DNA from: Methanobacteriota archaeon | Lineage (GTDB): Archaea; Halobacteriota; Bog-38; Methanoflorentales; Methanoflorentaceae | DNA: 64,000 nt | Direction of reading: 5' to 3' | Assembly (NCBI GenBank): GCA_963720465.1 | Contig: OY970393.1 | Location: 1,696,001-1,760,000, forward strand | Part shown: piece by piece, positions 10,072 through 21,470 of the stretch | Numbering within the stretch: the first letter of the stretch is position 1 | How the letters are laid out: the number at the start of each line of letters is the position of its first letter | Notes under the pieces: generated by a model | Told to the model about the DNA's origin: nothing | The model's input: the letters and a program-made list of their open reading frames with translations, nothing else | Databases searched by the model: none | Made by a program: the position numbers and the translations under genes

Positions 10072-11607
10072 CTATTTTGCCTCTCTCGGCAGAAACAGGA
10101 CGATCACAAACCCAAGGAGCAATATGAGACTCAGTGCGACGAAGGTGAGGTGCATTGCCGAGCTGATCGTACTGTCGACGATGCGCTGCGCTTCAGGAAT
10201 CAGACTCTGAGGGATGCTCGGCGGCGCGGTCGTCTGCATTTTTTGTGTGTACGCGTAGAGATTCTGTTGTATCTGTTCTTGAGTCGTGGAGTTACTCACT
10301 AGCGTGGAGGAGCCGATCCCCGCAACGAGCCCGTTGAAAGTTCCCACGAGAAGTAAAACGCCGATGAGCGCTGTGCCCACTGAGTAGCCCAAGTTCTTTG
10401 CTGTGTTGAGAAATCCTGAGGCATCGATCTCTTGGTCTCTCCGCACCGCGGACATGGTGAGATTAGTCAACTGAGACAGCAACAACCCCACTCCGAGGCC
10501 GAATATCACCGTGCCAGGGATAATGTCAACAATCTGAGTGCTCTGGCTAAATACGTTGCTCAAAAGGTATGCGCCTGCAGCCGAGATCAGAAATCCGATA
10601 AGGATGACGACCTTGGGTCGTACAATAGATGATAGTCTGCCCCCGGTGACCGATAGCACGAAAATTGCAAGCGACATGGGGAGCAATGCCACACCCGTCA
10701 TAAAGGCGCTCTCGCGAGTGACTTGCAGCAGAAATACAGGTAAAATAAACAGCACGCCGGCGAAGGCGGCTTGTTGGATCACACTAGCCGCGTTGCCCAA
10801 GACATAGAGTCGATTTTTGAGCACTGAGATGTCGAGTAACGGCTCTGCGTGGTGGCTTGTGCGTCGCCTCTGCCAAAGGAGGAAGCCGGCAAAAACGATG
10901 AGGCCGACCACTATGAACAGCGGCACGAGTTGCCAGTACTGCGGGGAGCCGAGGAGCAAAATGCCGAATACGAGAGAGAACAGCGCGGTAACTGAGAGCA
11001 CGACGCCTCCGAGATCTATCTCACGCCACGTAAGACGTGGCTTTGACTCGTGCAGGAACGATCTCATCAGGAGTACCGCGAGGACACCGAGTAGTTCGAA
11101 CGCAAAGATCAATCGCCAGGTGGCAAAGGACGTCAGAGCACCCCCATAGAGCGGGCCGATAGCAGCCCCCAGAGCGGCGATGCCCCCCCAGATGCCAAAT
11201 GCCGTCAGTCGGTCTTTGCCTTCATACGCCGCACTTACCATGGTGGTCGTCGCGGGTAACATCAGTGCCGCACCTATGCCTTCGAGAAGTGACCAGCCGA
11301 TGAGGAGCATAAAGACGTTAACGCTCAAAGTGGCCGTAGTTGTGCCGATGCCGTACACGATGACGCCGATAAGGAAAGTCTTCTTCCTCCCTAAAACGTC
11401 CTGCAGCTTGCTTCCGGCAAGCATGAGCGACGCCATTGTGAGCGCATATATGGCGATCAAAGCCTGAATAGTGCTCAAATCGGTGTGTAAGTCTACGACC
11501 ACAGCCGATATGGCCACATTCATGGCGGAGCTATCGAGAACGATAATGAAGATGGCTATGCACGAAACTAACACGACTCCCCATTTGAACTGTGGCTTCT
11601 CTTCCAT
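10072..11607 (-). CDS. MFS transporter, DHA2 (14-TM) type
   Basis: LDSSAMNVA, GSKLQDVLGRKK motif A, many TM segments. Confidence 0.92.
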   Translation of the reverse strand: MEEKPQFKWGVVLVSCIAIFIIVLDSSAMNVAISAVVVDLHTDLSTIQALIAIYALTMASLMLAGSKLQDVLGRKKTFLIGVIVYGIGTTTATLSVNVFMLLIGWSLLEGIGAALMLPATTTMVSAAYEGKDRLTAFGIWGGIAALGAAIGPLYGGALTSFATWRLIFAFELLGVLAVLLMRSFLHESKPRLTWREIDLGGVVLSVTALFSLVFGILLLGSPQYWQLVPLFIVVGLIVFAGFLLWQRRRTSHHAEPLLDISVLKNRLYVLGNAASVIQQAAFAGVLFILPVFLLQVTRESAFMTGVALLPMSLAIFVLSVTGGRLSSIVRPKVVILIGFLISAAGAYLLSNVFSQSTQIVDIIPGTVIFGLGVGLLLSQLTNLTMSAVRRDQEIDASGFLNTAKNLGYSVGTALIGVLLLVGTFNGLVAGIGSSTLVSNSTTQEQIQQNLYAYTQKMQTTAPPSIPQSLIPEAQRIVDSTISSAMHLTFVALSLILLLGFVIVLFLPREAK

Positions 11608-11974
11608 CGAAATACCGCGGAGAATATCTATCTAACTGTGTATACGCGCGCGCAGGAATCCATTAGATATGCTAACCGAGCGCGGTTGGTCGATTCAACA
11701 GCGTTTTTTTTGGCTTTATCTCTTACGGTTCGTTATTCGCAGTTAAGAGTCGCAGGTGCGGCTAAAAAAGAGATAATACGTTACCTTCGTTCGCGCTTAG
11801 CGAATTTCACACAAAACCACCAAGTGAGTTCAGAGAACTATCTTGTAGGATGCGCCTGCTCTTTGTCAGTTGGGCACTTTTTTTGGCTCGTGCAATTATT
11901 TTCAATTCGAGTAAGTTAAGTACCTGTACATCGCAACAACTCAAACGATTATACGAATAGGAGGTGAAAAACAA

Positions 11975-12481
11975 ATGGCTGAACAATCACTGTGGCTGCG
12001 CATAGCAGAGATTATCGTCGGTTTAATCATCCTCATATTGGCCGGATACGCAATTGCATATCCGGGAGTAGCTGCAGCGACGCTCATAGGATTCCTTGCG
12101 GTGGGGCTCATTGTTTTAAGCGGCATAGAATTCGCCCAGGTTTTTGCACTGGACATCTCGGGATGGCGACGACTTCTGAACTTGATTCTATCAGCGATCG
12201 CATTTCTACTCGCACTAGCAGTACTCGTGTCCCCGCTAATTTGGGGTGGACTGACCCTCGCGTGGCTGGTAGCACTGGCGTTGATCTTCGCGGGATTCGC
12301 GGCCATCGGACGCGCCACTCCGGGGACGATAATCGTCGGGATCATCGCAGTTGTAGCCGGTTTTGTCGTGCTGGTATATCCCCCGCTCGGCGTCGCCACT
12401 GCAGTACTCTTGCTAGCGATAGCTCTGATCGTCTTCGGGTTAATGTTGATAGTATCGGGCATCTTGGGAAGATGGGTGTGA
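11975..12481 (+). CDS. HdeD/DUF308-like membrane protein, copy 1
   Basis: Repeated GLIIL...YPG hairpin units, about 6 TM; GGAGGTGA RBS; paralog of 21782. Confidence 0.75.
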   Translation: MAEQSLWLRIAEIIVGLIILILAGYAIAYPGVAAATLIGFLAVGLIVLSGIEFAQVFALDISGWRRLLNLILSAIAFLLALAVLVSPLIWGGLTLAWLVALALIFAGFAAIGRATPGTIIVGIIAVVAGFVVLVYPPLGVATAVLLLAIALIVFGLMLIVSGILGRWV

Positions 12482-12923
12482 CCCACCCCCCTTTCTTTTT
12501 TTCTTGTAACGAACGAGTGCGGCAAAAAAGGCGATTTCCGGAAGCTTGCACTGCGAGCTCAAGCCACAAAACCGCAAAAAAGCAGTTTTGTCTCATAACC
12601 TATGTAGTTAATGACGAACCTAGCATTTCGCTCAAAAAAAGTTGGCTAAAATATTTCCCAGAATCAGAGTACCGCCCAGGCGTGAACGTCTCAAGCAGGA
12701 TATGCGATATGTCCTTTAGAAGGCAAATGCACGCCTAGAAGGCAATCTTTAAGTAACTTGTGCTTCGATCCACAACCGATGGCGACCTACCGGCGCTTGC
12801 GTTTAGGAGCCATAGACGCTTCAGGTCGCAGTGGCGTTTTAAGCAGCTGCCGGGATCCGCGGCACGCAAAGAGAAAGGCGGCAACCCATTTGGGCCGCTG
12901 CGGTTGAACGCTCAACGACTACC

Positions 12924-14180
12924 ATGTTCGAAATAGAGTTCGCAATTTTCGCCGCCATTGTTTTTGTTTTCGCGCTTGTATCGCATCGCGTTGAGAGGCT
13001 CAACGTAACAGCGCCCATGGCATTTATCGCTGCAGGCATGTTGTTCGGCACCTCTCACCTCTTCAACGTGTCGATCAACAACGAGGCCCTACTGCTTATC
13101 GGAAGCATCGCCCTTGTGCTGGTTCTGTTCACCGATGCGTCACGTATCAACATTTCGTTGTTCCGGGTGAACGCGGAATTGCCTGCCCGGCTGCTAATTA
13201 TCGGTCTACCCTTGACGATCGCGGCTGGCGCGGTCATCGCAGCTCTCCTATTTACGAACCTCACGATTTGGCAAGCCGCAATTATAGGAGCAGTGCTCGC
13301 CCCGACCGACGCGGGCCTGGGGCAAGCGATCGTAACCAGCGAACGAGTGCCCGTTCGCATTCGCGAGGCGCTGAATGTTGAAAGCGGCCTGAACGATGGT
13401 GGGTCGGTGCCCTTTCTTCTGGTGTTCCTCGCTCTCGCGGCGATTCAGGAAGGCGTAGAGCCCCCCAGCTTCTGGATAGTCGCTGTGGAGCAGATAGGCA
13501 TTGGCGTGGCCATCGGCCTTCTCGTCGGAATCGCCGGCGGGTGGCTGATCAGAAGCGCCACGCGTCGTGGCTGGATGAGCAGGACCTTTAAGCGCCTGAG
13601 TTTCCTGGCGCTCGCCATTCTCGCCTGGGGTGTCGCGGGGCCAATTGGCGGCAGCGGCTTTATTGCAGCTTTTGTTGGCGGGTTTGCCACTGGAGCGACA
13701 GTCGGCGAGGTAGAAGAGGCCGCTACCGACTTTAGCGAAGCAGAGGGAGAGCTTCTCCTTCTGGCGGTCTTCTTCCTTGTCGGCGTCGTCGCAACTTCGC
13801 TGATGGGCACGCTTGACTGGACGATCGTGCTCTACGCGATTCTCAGCCTGACGGTTATCCGCATGCTGCCCGTGGCGATCTCTCTTGTCGGCACGAAGTT
13901 GCGACGCAGTTCGGTGCTGTTTCTTGGCTGGTTCGGACCGCGTGGTCTCGCATCTATCGTCCTCGTGCTGGTCGCCTTGGAGGAGCCGGGACTCGCTGCT
14001 GTCGCGCCGTTGATCGCGACAATCGTCCTCGTGACCGTGATTCTCAGCGTCTTCGCGCACGGCATTTCCGCCCAACCTGGCGCTGCTCTGTACGCACGCA
14101 AGGTGGCTGCAATGAACCCTGATGCTCCTGAGCTGCGCGACGTTTCGCAACTGCCGGTTCGTAAGAGACGAATGGGGTAA
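12924..14180 (+). CDS. CPA1 cation:proton antiporter (NhaP-like)
   Basis: LAPTDAGLG, ESGLNDG, GWFGPRGLASI motifs. Confidence 0.92.
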   Translation: MFEIEFAIFAAIVFVFALVSHRVERLNVTAPMAFIAAGMLFGTSHLFNVSINNEALLLIGSIALVLVLFTDASRINISLFRVNAELPARLLIIGLPLTIAAGAVIAALLFTNLTIWQAAIIGAVLAPTDAGLGQAIVTSERVPVRIREALNVESGLNDGGSVPFLLVFLALAAIQEGVEPPSFWIVAVEQIGIGVAIGLLVGIAGGWLIRSATRRGWMSRTFKRLSFLALAILAWGVAGPIGGSGFIAAFVGGFATGATVGEVEEAATDFSEAEGELLLLAVFFLVGVVATSLMGTLDWTIVLYAILSLTVIRMLPVAISLVGTKLRRSSVLFLGWFGPRGLASIVLVLVALEEPGLAAVAPLIATIVLVTVILSVFAHGISAQPGAALYARKVAAMNPDAPELRDVSQLPVRKRRMG

Positions 14181-14673
14181 CCTTAACCAACTGACTCGAG
14201 CCACCAATTGTAAAGTACTGCTACAGTTGCTGGTGTGACGTCCCGCCAAGAAGAGCACCAGTCGCAGCGACCGCTCCCCGACCCTAGCTTCGGCGATTGA
14301 ACTACCATGAAGATGGTCTGCAGTAGCTCGGTCCACAGGCACTTTGGTCTTGTATTGTGGATATACGGTGTGAGCTTCTGCTCCCGGTCTTCAACTACCC
14401 CGTATGGGCAGGGATGGTTGTGCCGTCGTTATCCTTTGACTCGATAAAAGGCGCAGCGCCCGTTTAATCGAGTTCTGCAAATGTTTGCGTAATCGCGCCC
14501 ATCATATCGCTAGAAGTTTACTATGCTGCGGTTGGCGATGCAGTGGGGTTGAAAATTCCACAGAATTTTCCGCGAAAGTGCGTCATTATCTTTCAATTTC
14601 TCCGTGTTAATGGAACAGTACCTTCCCAAAATTATGCGATAGCCTGCATCCGCACTCGCATACCGAGTTAACT

Positions 14674-15144
14674 CTATGAGCTCATATCGAAAGCAGCCGA
14701 GACTTCACTGAGAACTGCCTTTTCTGCCTCACTAACCACGACGCCGCCGCTCTCTTTGGCTGCTTCTGCCACTTTTTGTCCTATGGCGAGTACCCACTTC
14801 TTGTAGGCCATCGCCTCCTCTGAAGTGGTCCTGGCTAAGATTACTGAAACAGCGTTGCAGGCCTCTGTGGTTTTGGATCTGTAGCCAGATTTATCCTGTT
14901 TGAACAGATTCTGCTGCTGCTTGACTAAATCTTTGGCCTGTGATTGCATCTCGCCCGACAATGTGCTGACAAGATCGCTCCCACTTGAAGCTGCCAGCTT
15001 GGCTGGCTCAGTAAGCATGGTCTTCGATTCGCCAAAGGCACCCCACAATGATGGAGCTGCCGTCACTATCGCGAATGAGACTGCATATGGAATGCTTAGA
15101 AGCTTCTGCCATTCCTCATCGGTAAAGTTCTCTTTTATTCCCAT
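14674..15144 (-). CDS. Hypothetical helical protein
   Basis: 156-aa clean ORF with AGGGGA RBS. Confidence 0.75.
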   Translation of the reverse strand: MGIKENFTDEEWQKLLSIPYAVSFAIVTAAPSLWGAFGESKTMLTEPAKLAASSGSDLVSTLSGEMQSQAKDLVKQQQNLFKQDKSGYRSKTTEACNAVSVILARTTSEEAMAYKKWVLAIGQKVAEAAKESGGVVVSEAEKAVLSEVSAAFDMSS

Positions 15145-15562
15145 AGTCTTTCCCCTACAAATTCACCTGGCTTTACAGGCTTGTAACGTGTTGCGATCGA
15201 TGTATATATTGGTTTTTGAGATCGGCTGATGACTTCCGTGCCGAGGCCGCCCAAAGTGAGAGCAAACTTACCTTTCGGAGATAATTTTGCCCCACTCATC
15301 CTCAAAGCTTGTGGCCCGTGACATTGTGTTTGGCGCGTAAAAGTCAAAAGCTTTGTCAATCAACATGGAGCCACACCACCGACTCTGAGAGTTCTCGGGT
15401 GTTTAAAAGATTGGGCTGGCCTTTATCGGCAGACTAGAAGTCCTCAGATTTGCTAATTCCACGGAGCCGCCTGCAGGAGTAGATACAGAAGATACGGGCC
15501 TCAATGATTTCTGTTCGTTTTTTATACGATAACAGACGATATTGGCGGACGGAGGTCGGCAA

Positions 15563-16303
15563 ATGAGTTCCTTAGGACAAAAGTTAACAGCGGAGTTTTT
15601 GGGCACATTTCTATTGGTCTTCTTTGGTGCAGGAGCGGTAGTCGTAGCCCTGCTACTAGGGCAAGGAGCCCCGCAACTGCCTAACCAGTTCTCCATTGGG
15701 ATAACCATGGCCAACTGGCTCGCCATAAACGTCGTGTTTGGCTTGACTATCGCGGCTGGTATCTACGCCTTTGCACGTGTTTCGGGTGCGCATTTCAACC
15801 CCGCAGTTACCATTGCACTGTGCGCAGTGCGAAAGTTCCCACGGCGTGAAGTCATACCGTATCTGGTAGCGCAGCTTGCTGGCGCAACCGTCGCGAGCCT
15901 GCTGTTTGCATTCTGTCTCGGCAGTCGGGCGGTGGACGTCAGATTGGGTGCGACAACGCCGTTCTACGGGGTCGGGTACGGCCAAGCGATTATTTTGGAA
16001 GCCGTGGGGACGTTTCTCCTGATGTTGGCCATTATGGCCGTTGCCGTCGATAAAAGGGCAACGCCTGGATTCGCAGGTCTCATTATCGGCCTTACGGTGA
16101 CGGCATCGCTCACGATGATCTCAAACCTGACCGGAGGATCAATCAACCCGGCGAGAACGTTTGGGCCGTTTCTTGCGCTTACGCTTCTAGGAGGGAATTT
16201 TCTGTGGGGTGATTTCCCTATCTATGTGATCGGGCCTGTGATTGGCGCCGTGGTAGCGGCTTTCGTTTACGTTTATATCAACGGCGGCAAAGCCGAGGAA
16301 TAG
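15563..16303 (+). CDS. MIP-family aquaporin (AqpM-like)
   Basis: SGAHFNPAVT and SINPART NPA boxes; GGAGGT RBS. Confidence 0.95.
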   Translation: MSSLGQKLTAEFLGTFLLVFFGAGAVVVALLLGQGAPQLPNQFSIGITMANWLAINVVFGLTIAAGIYAFARVSGAHFNPAVTIALCAVRKFPRREVIPYLVAQLAGATVASLLFAFCLGSRAVDVRLGATTPFYGVGYGQAIILEAVGTFLLMLAIMAVAVDKRATPGFAGLIIGLTVTASLTMISNLTGGSINPARTFGPFLALTLLGGNFLWGDFPIYVIGPVIGAVVAAFVYVYINGGKAEE

Positions 16304-16504
16304 GGGGTTGTGACGGTTCCAGCGCGTACTTAAGCGAAAACAGAGCAACTAGAACGGCACGTTTGCACACGCGTATTGCAGGGCATTGAACTCAGGTAAA
16401 CTGCCGTCGTGTTAATGTTTGAATGCCGCCTGCAGGATAGAATCTGAAACTATAAGAGCCATACTCCTTGCTATTCACCAGGAGGATGGTTCAGGCTATA
16501 CTCA

Positions 16505-16594
16505 CTAGCCAAACCAAAAATTCCACCGCAGAATTGCACCGCCGATTATGACCCCCAGCATCAACCCGATTATGATTATAGTGACGGTCACCAT
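16505..16594 (-). pseudogene. Degenerate paralog of the microprotein at 20970-21077
   Basis: Shared caagaggagg leader, (I)DWKW, VTIIII, GAILRW.FW and downstream tatagcctgaacc. Confidence 0.65.
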
Positions 16595-16932
16595 TTCCAG
16601 TCGATGTTTTGCCTCCTCTTGAAGGCGGTAAAAAGGTAGACGAAAGCGGCTTCAGACCGAGGATATTTAGAATAATCATGAAATGACTAATCTCCGCCTC
16701 CGTCGGCGACTTGTAACGATTGCCAAAAAGATAAACCTCGCTCTCGCTTTTTATACTCTGTTTAAGCAGAAATTCAGGGGTATTTACCCTTTCTACTGCG
16801 GCGAACTCTCTTGGCAGCCGAATGAATGGATAAGTGGCGAAGCTGTTGCGCCATGTAGGCCAATTTTATGTTTGCACAAGAATCGCATGCTTAGTTAATG
16901 GCTTTGTAGGAGGAACTTTGTAGTTCGGAGCC

Positions 16933-18243
16933 TCAGCCGGTAGACGTGGACATTTCCGCCTGCTGACTGCGCGCCCGGATCCGCCGCCACACAGCGTCTA
17001 GCACTATGGCGAGCGCGGCAGCGATGAAGATAAAGGCTACCGTGGCGGGCTCCGACGCGACAAGATCGATAATGAACAACACGAGAACGATGCCTGTTAG
17101 GGCTGTCGTGAATGCCAGAATCCACGCCGGTGTCGCGGTCTCCTTTCGAAGGACGAAGGCTGCGCCAAGGACAACCAAGAAGACGATAAGGGCGATCGCG
17201 CTGCCGAGCGACGCAATGGCGGTGATGTTGAGCAGGTTGAGTAGGACGAGAACGATGACCGCCGTAACGACGACGCCGCGCGGTCCTCCTATGCGGGAGC
17301 GGCCGCCAAAGAAACCAGGGAAAACCCCGCGTACCGCCATATTCTTAGTCACGTTGCCCGCTCCGAAGAGGTTGGCGTTGACGGACGTAGCGCACGCAAT
17401 AAGAGCTGTAAAGGCCATCATGAGAAACCCGGCCTGACCGAGTACCGGCTTGGCTGCTACCGCGAGGGCGATGCTGCCGTGGGCGATTACCTCGTTGGCC
17501 GGCAACGAACCGAAGACGCCGAGCGAGACGAGGACGTAGAGCCCGACTGCGATGACGATCGCGAGGAACATCGCCCGCGGGAGCGTCCGCTTCGGATCGC
17601 GCATGTCGCCGGTCGCAAAGGTGATCACAGCGAATCCGATATAGGCGAAGAAGGTAAGCGCCGCTGCTGACGCGATGCTGCTTGCGCCAGGATAATCGGA
17701 CGGAGAGAGAAGTGAGGGCTGCAGCTGAGACGTGGTTGCGATGATAAAAATCGCAAAGACCGCGAGCATGATGATTACGATAACCGATTGAAGTTTGACG
17801 ACCGCCTCGGCGCCTACGATAACGACTGCCGCGATGGCGATGACCATTATGGTCCCGATGATCTTTGCCCAGATCAATGGCGCTCCCTCTCCGAAGATGA
17901 TTGCGGCGCCGTAGTTGCCAAAAGAGAGGGCGACCAAAGCGGTCACGACGATACCAGCGAAGTAATACATCCAGGCCCCAACCCCCGTGATGCGCCGGGC
18001 GCCAAACCCCTCGCTCAAAAAGGCCATGAGACCGCCGGAGCTCGGATAACGGATCCCTAGACGAGTGACTGTATAGCCGAGCAGGCCCGCAATCAGACCG
18101 CCGAGCGCGAACGAGATCCACGTCGCCGCGCCGGCGACAGCTCCCACCTCGCCTAAGAGGGCGAAGATACCCGCTCCGACCATGGAGCCTATGCCTAGGA
18201 AGGCAGCGCCCCAGGTCCCTATTCCCTTCTTCTCGCTTGCCAC
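16933..18243 (-). CDS. APC-superfamily amino acid permease
   Basis: GIGSMVGAGIF, YPSSGG, FFAYIGF, DPKRTLPRA. Confidence 0.92.
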   Translation of the reverse strand: MASEKKGIGTWGAAFLGIGSMVGAGIFALLGEVGAVAGAATWISFALGGLIAGLLGYTVTRLGIRYPSSGGLMAFLSEGFGARRITGVGAWMYYFAGIVVTALVALSFGNYGAAIIFGEGAPLIWAKIIGTIMVIAIAAVVIVGAEAVVKLQSVIVIIMLAVFAIFIIATTSQLQPSLLSPSDYPGASSIASAAALTFFAYIGFAVITFATGDMRDPKRTLPRAMFLAIVIAVGLYVLVSLGVFGSLPANEVIAHGSIALAVAAKPVLGQAGFLMMAFTALIACATSVNANLFGAGNVTKNMAVRGVFPGFFGGRSRIGGPRGVVVTAVIVLVLLNLLNITAIASLGSAIALIVFLVVLGAAFVLRKETATPAWILAFTTALTGIVLVLFIIDLVASEPATVAFIFIAAALAIVLDAVWRRIRARSQQAEMSTSTG

Positions 18244-18479
18244 GCCGCAGTTCCTCTAATCACTCGCTGCCGGCCTTGTAAAATGTTACCATCGACTTTG
18301 GCAGCCAGCGTTATTACCGCAGATAGAACGCTCTTACGCAATAAAGGCTTGGCGTGATGCTATGTTATTAAGGATGCCTTTTAAGAATTCAAATATTTCT
18401 ATCTTATTCAGACGCTCAGTTGTGCAACACAGCCGCCTACAGGGTAAACTATTTAATCGAAATACAATGAATCGGCGAC

Positions 18480-18923
18480 ATGGAATTTGAAACGTACGTG
18501 AAGTTCGCCAATAAATGGCCCGTCTGCTCTCTCGCAACCGTCGACGGCGATCAGCCGCAGGTGCGGACGTTTAGCATGTGGTTTGCCGATACAGACGGCT
18601 TTTACTTTTCTACGAACACGGTGAAAGCGATCTACCGACAGCTCGCAGCGAACCCCAAAGTCGCGCTGGCCTTCTACGCTCCTCCTAAAAAGCCGCCGTC
18701 AATACAGGACGTCACACCGAATTTAGGAACCATGATGCGCGTTATCGGAACAGCTGAATTCATTGACGATGCGGCCATGAAAGAGCGCCTCTTATCCCAA
18801 CGGCCATTCCTGCGCCCTTCTGCCGAAAACGTTGCCGTGTTTCGCGTAAAAAATGGCGAAGCGTGGTTTTGGACGTTTTCAGACAGTAAACGTGAATCAG
18901 AGATAGAGCGGGTTCGCTTTTAG
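18480..18923 (+). CDS. Pyridoxamine 5'-phosphate oxidase-like FMN-binding protein
   Basis: LATVDGDQPQVR, FYFST..K.IYRQLAANPKV. Confidence 0.85.
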   Translation: MEFETYVKFANKWPVCSLATVDGDQPQVRTFSMWFADTDGFYFSTNTVKAIYRQLAANPKVALAFYAPPKKPPSIQDVTPNLGTMMRVIGTAEFIDDAAMKERLLSQRPFLRPSAENVAVFRVKNGEAWFWTFSDSKRESEIERVRF

Positions 18924-19019
18924 TGAAACGCCTTCTAAGAGAAGTGTATAAGAACGTGCCGTTTTGACCAACGCAGCCCGCTAACCCGCCCCCACGCAAC
19001 GACCACGGCTGTGGTTAAA

Positions 19020-19327
19020 ACGGTTGAGAGCCGCCTATTTGTTAGGCAACGAAGCGGCGATCGCTTCTGAATCACCTTGTGAGAACCATTCGCGGGAATT
19101 CTTTGACAGTTCATTGAACGCAGCCGCGTTTCTTCTGGCACGTCGACTGCCTCGGATGTTACCAGTTTCCCGTTCGCATCCTTCATAATGAAAACCATAT
19201 CGATCACCCGGATGATAGCTTGTTTTTGAAATTTCAACAGCTTAGGGGCACCCTTACCACTGAACTTGTTACCAGGAAACTTGATCATCAGGTAGTCGAG
19301 CGGACCCATTACGTTACCTTGTGTCAT
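19020..19327 (-). pseudogene. DUF6325/DUF1269-like protein, frameshifted and truncated
   Basis: MGPLDYLMIKFPGNKFSG...IRVID.VFIMKDANG; continuation AAFNEL..IAASLPN in another frame. Confidence 0.7.
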
Positions 19328-19569
19328 AATGCTCCTTCAATGCCCTAAAATAGCAATTGAGTACGGTAAAACTGGCCAATTAAAATATTTAACGATCAAT
19401 GTTTGTTGTTGTTGGCTATCAATCCAATCAGAATTGGCCTTATATGCCGCTGGAGAGTAGTTTTCTTGTCGATTCATGAATTACTGTTTGGCAGCATCTG
19501 CATGAAGGGCAAAACGAAGATCTTATGTAACTAAACTCGATTTTTAAGGGCGGTCCGCTAGAAGGATCT

Positions 19570-20529
19570 GTGGCTACAAATGAGAAGATAATCTTGGAAA
19601 CAAAAGGCGATTCAAAAATAGCGGTCGTTGCAGCGATCATCGGCAACCTGGTCATCGCGATTATCAAGTTCGTTGCGGCGGCAATTACCGGCTCGTCGGC
19701 GATGATTTCCGAGGGCATTCACTCGCTCGTCGATACGGGAAACGGTTGCCTCGTGCTGTTGGGAATGAACCGTGCCAAGCAGCCTGCCGATGAAAGTCAC
19801 CCGTTTGGCTACGGCAAGTCGCTCTACTTCTGGACAAACATCGTGGCCATCTCCATCTTCGGCATCGGTGGTGGCTTGTCGCTGTTCGAGGGCATCTCGA
19901 GTATTCGCAACGTGGTGCCGGGCGCCCACATGGGCGATCCCACAGCGGCCTACGTCGTGCTCGCCCTCTCGTTCTTAGTCGAGGGTGCATCGTTCACCGT
20001 GGCCATTCGGCACTTCTTGCGGGCCAAGGGCGACGTGGGCGCTTGGCAGTTCATCAAGCAGTCGAAGGACCCGAGCCTCTACACGGTAGTGCTTGAGGAC
20101 AGCGCGGCCTTGCTCGGCCTCATTTTCGCGTTCCTCGGGATCTTCCTCGGCCACCTGTTCAACAACGTGTATTTCGACGGCGCAGCATCGATTGCAATCG
20201 GCGTGCTGCTGATGAGTGTGGCCTGGATTCTCGCGTCGCGGACCCAGGATTTACTGCTCGGCGAAGGTGTGAACCATGACGAGCTCGCGGACATCAGGCG
20301 ACGAGTGGAGTCAGATCCTTTAGTCGAGCGGGCCGGCGACATCCTTACGATGTATATGGGCCCACACGATCTGCTCGTGAACATGGGTGTGCGCTTCACT
20401 GCAGGCACCACAGCTGAGCAGATGCATCAGGCAATCCACCGCATTGAAGCCGACCTGCAGAGCGGGTACCCGGAGATTAACCGCGTCTACATCGAAGCCG
20501 AGTCGTTGCCGGCCACGGCAATTGAATGA
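19570..20529 (+). CDS. Cation diffusion facilitator (CDF) transporter
   Basis: SEGIHSLVD, HPFGYGK, EDSAAL. Confidence 0.93.
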   Translation: MATNEKIILETKGDSKIAVVAAIIGNLVIAIIKFVAAAITGSSAMISEGIHSLVDTGNGCLVLLGMNRAKQPADESHPFGYGKSLYFWTNIVAISIFGIGGGLSLFEGISSIRNVVPGAHMGDPTAAYVVLALSFLVEGASFTVAIRHFLRAKGDVGAWQFIKQSKDPSLYTVVLEDSAALLGLIFAFLGIFLGHLFNNVYFDGAASIAIGVLLMSVAWILASRTQDLLLGEGVNHDELADIRRRVESDPLVERAGDILTMYMGPHDLLVNMGVRFTAGTTAEQMHQAIHRIEADLQSGYPEINRVYIEAESLPATAIE

Positions 20530-20969
20530 AATGAGTTGCGCGCGGCTAATCACAGCGAATAAATGGCTTGCACCAATCCCATTCACCACTATGCTAGCCG
20601 AACGACATTACTCAGCGGGTTTTGCCGCTGCTGCATTGCCCAAACACGAGGTATGGGAGATTCACCGCAGCAATAAAGGGGGTAGGGTGCAATAGGTCAC
20701 AGTTGTTAGAAGACACGAACCGCTGACTGCCACCAAGAAGCAGTGCGAAAGTACTTTTCATGTTGTATAAAGTTACGTCGTGCTGCCAACTCCAGGACGG
20801 GGTGCAAAATGCGCTCTAAATCTAAAAAAAAAGATGAGCCAGGAGCTAAGGAAAGGCCAAAGGGACACGAAAATGCTTCAATTACTTAACTTCTCAGATA
20901 CCTTAAATCTTGAAGCGACGGAACTATATTTGAACGAATCCAATTAGCACACGCAAGAGGAGGTGAAAC

Positions 20970-21077
20970 ATGGATTGGAAGTGGTGGGCCGTCACTATAA
21001 TTATAATCCTTTTCTTTTTGTTTGTCGTAATTGCCGGTGCACTTCTGCGGTGGGGTTTTTGGTCTAGCTTGTTCTAG
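20970..21077 (+). CDS. 35-aa single-TM Trp-rich microprotein (MDWKWWAVTIIIILFFLFVVIAGALLRWGFWSSLF)
   Basis: GAGGAGGTGA RBS; paralog at 16505-16594. Confidence 0.75.
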   Translation: MDWKWWAVTIIIILFFLFVVIAGALLRWGFWSSLF

Positions 21078-21269
21078 CTTGGACTATAGCCTGAACCGTC
21101 ATACTCAGGTTAAGCGCTTTAAATGCGCTTAGCGCCAGTTGTTCGCTCGGCGGTTTTGCGGCCTTCACTCCAAGCTTTCTTAAGTCAGGTCGGAAACGGA
21201 ACACGCTGTGCCGGACATCGTTATTTTAGGCGGGGAGCGCACTCTCGCTTAGATCAATCGCTTACAATG

Positions 21270-21470
21270 TGTAGAGAGAAATAAACCCGTCTGAAACGTT
21301 TTATCGCTCACGAAGTAGAGTGAGATGACGAGTATAGCAGTCGCGATTAAGGCCAGTGCGAAACTCTGCACGTCGACTGTCTGATAGCCGAAGGCGATAA
21401 TTTTGCGCACCATTGCCGTGAGAGCCGCCCTAGCAACAGTCCAAGATTTATCGACGTTGTCTTCATGTAG
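21270..21470 (-). pseudogene. PsiE-like membrane protein C-terminal fragment
   Basis: AALTAMVRKIIAFGYQTVD..ALIATAILVISLYFV with no start; family call from motif recall. Confidence 0.45.

Noticed and set aside
13248-14342. Long antisense ORFs (also 17345-18121, 24967-25599, 45879-46514, 59120-59761)
   Set aside because: Shadows of well-supported genes on the opposite strand or in another frame
14389-14420. TCAACTACCCC resembling an IS200/IS605 or IscB end
   Set aside because: Only about 11 bp match, and no tnpA, tnpB or iscB sequence nearby
15225-15240. GCTGATGACTTCC (and GCTGATGGCCTC near 57760) resembling a fluoride riboswitch 3' end
   Set aside because: The required upstream GGCGATG..CGCC element is absent
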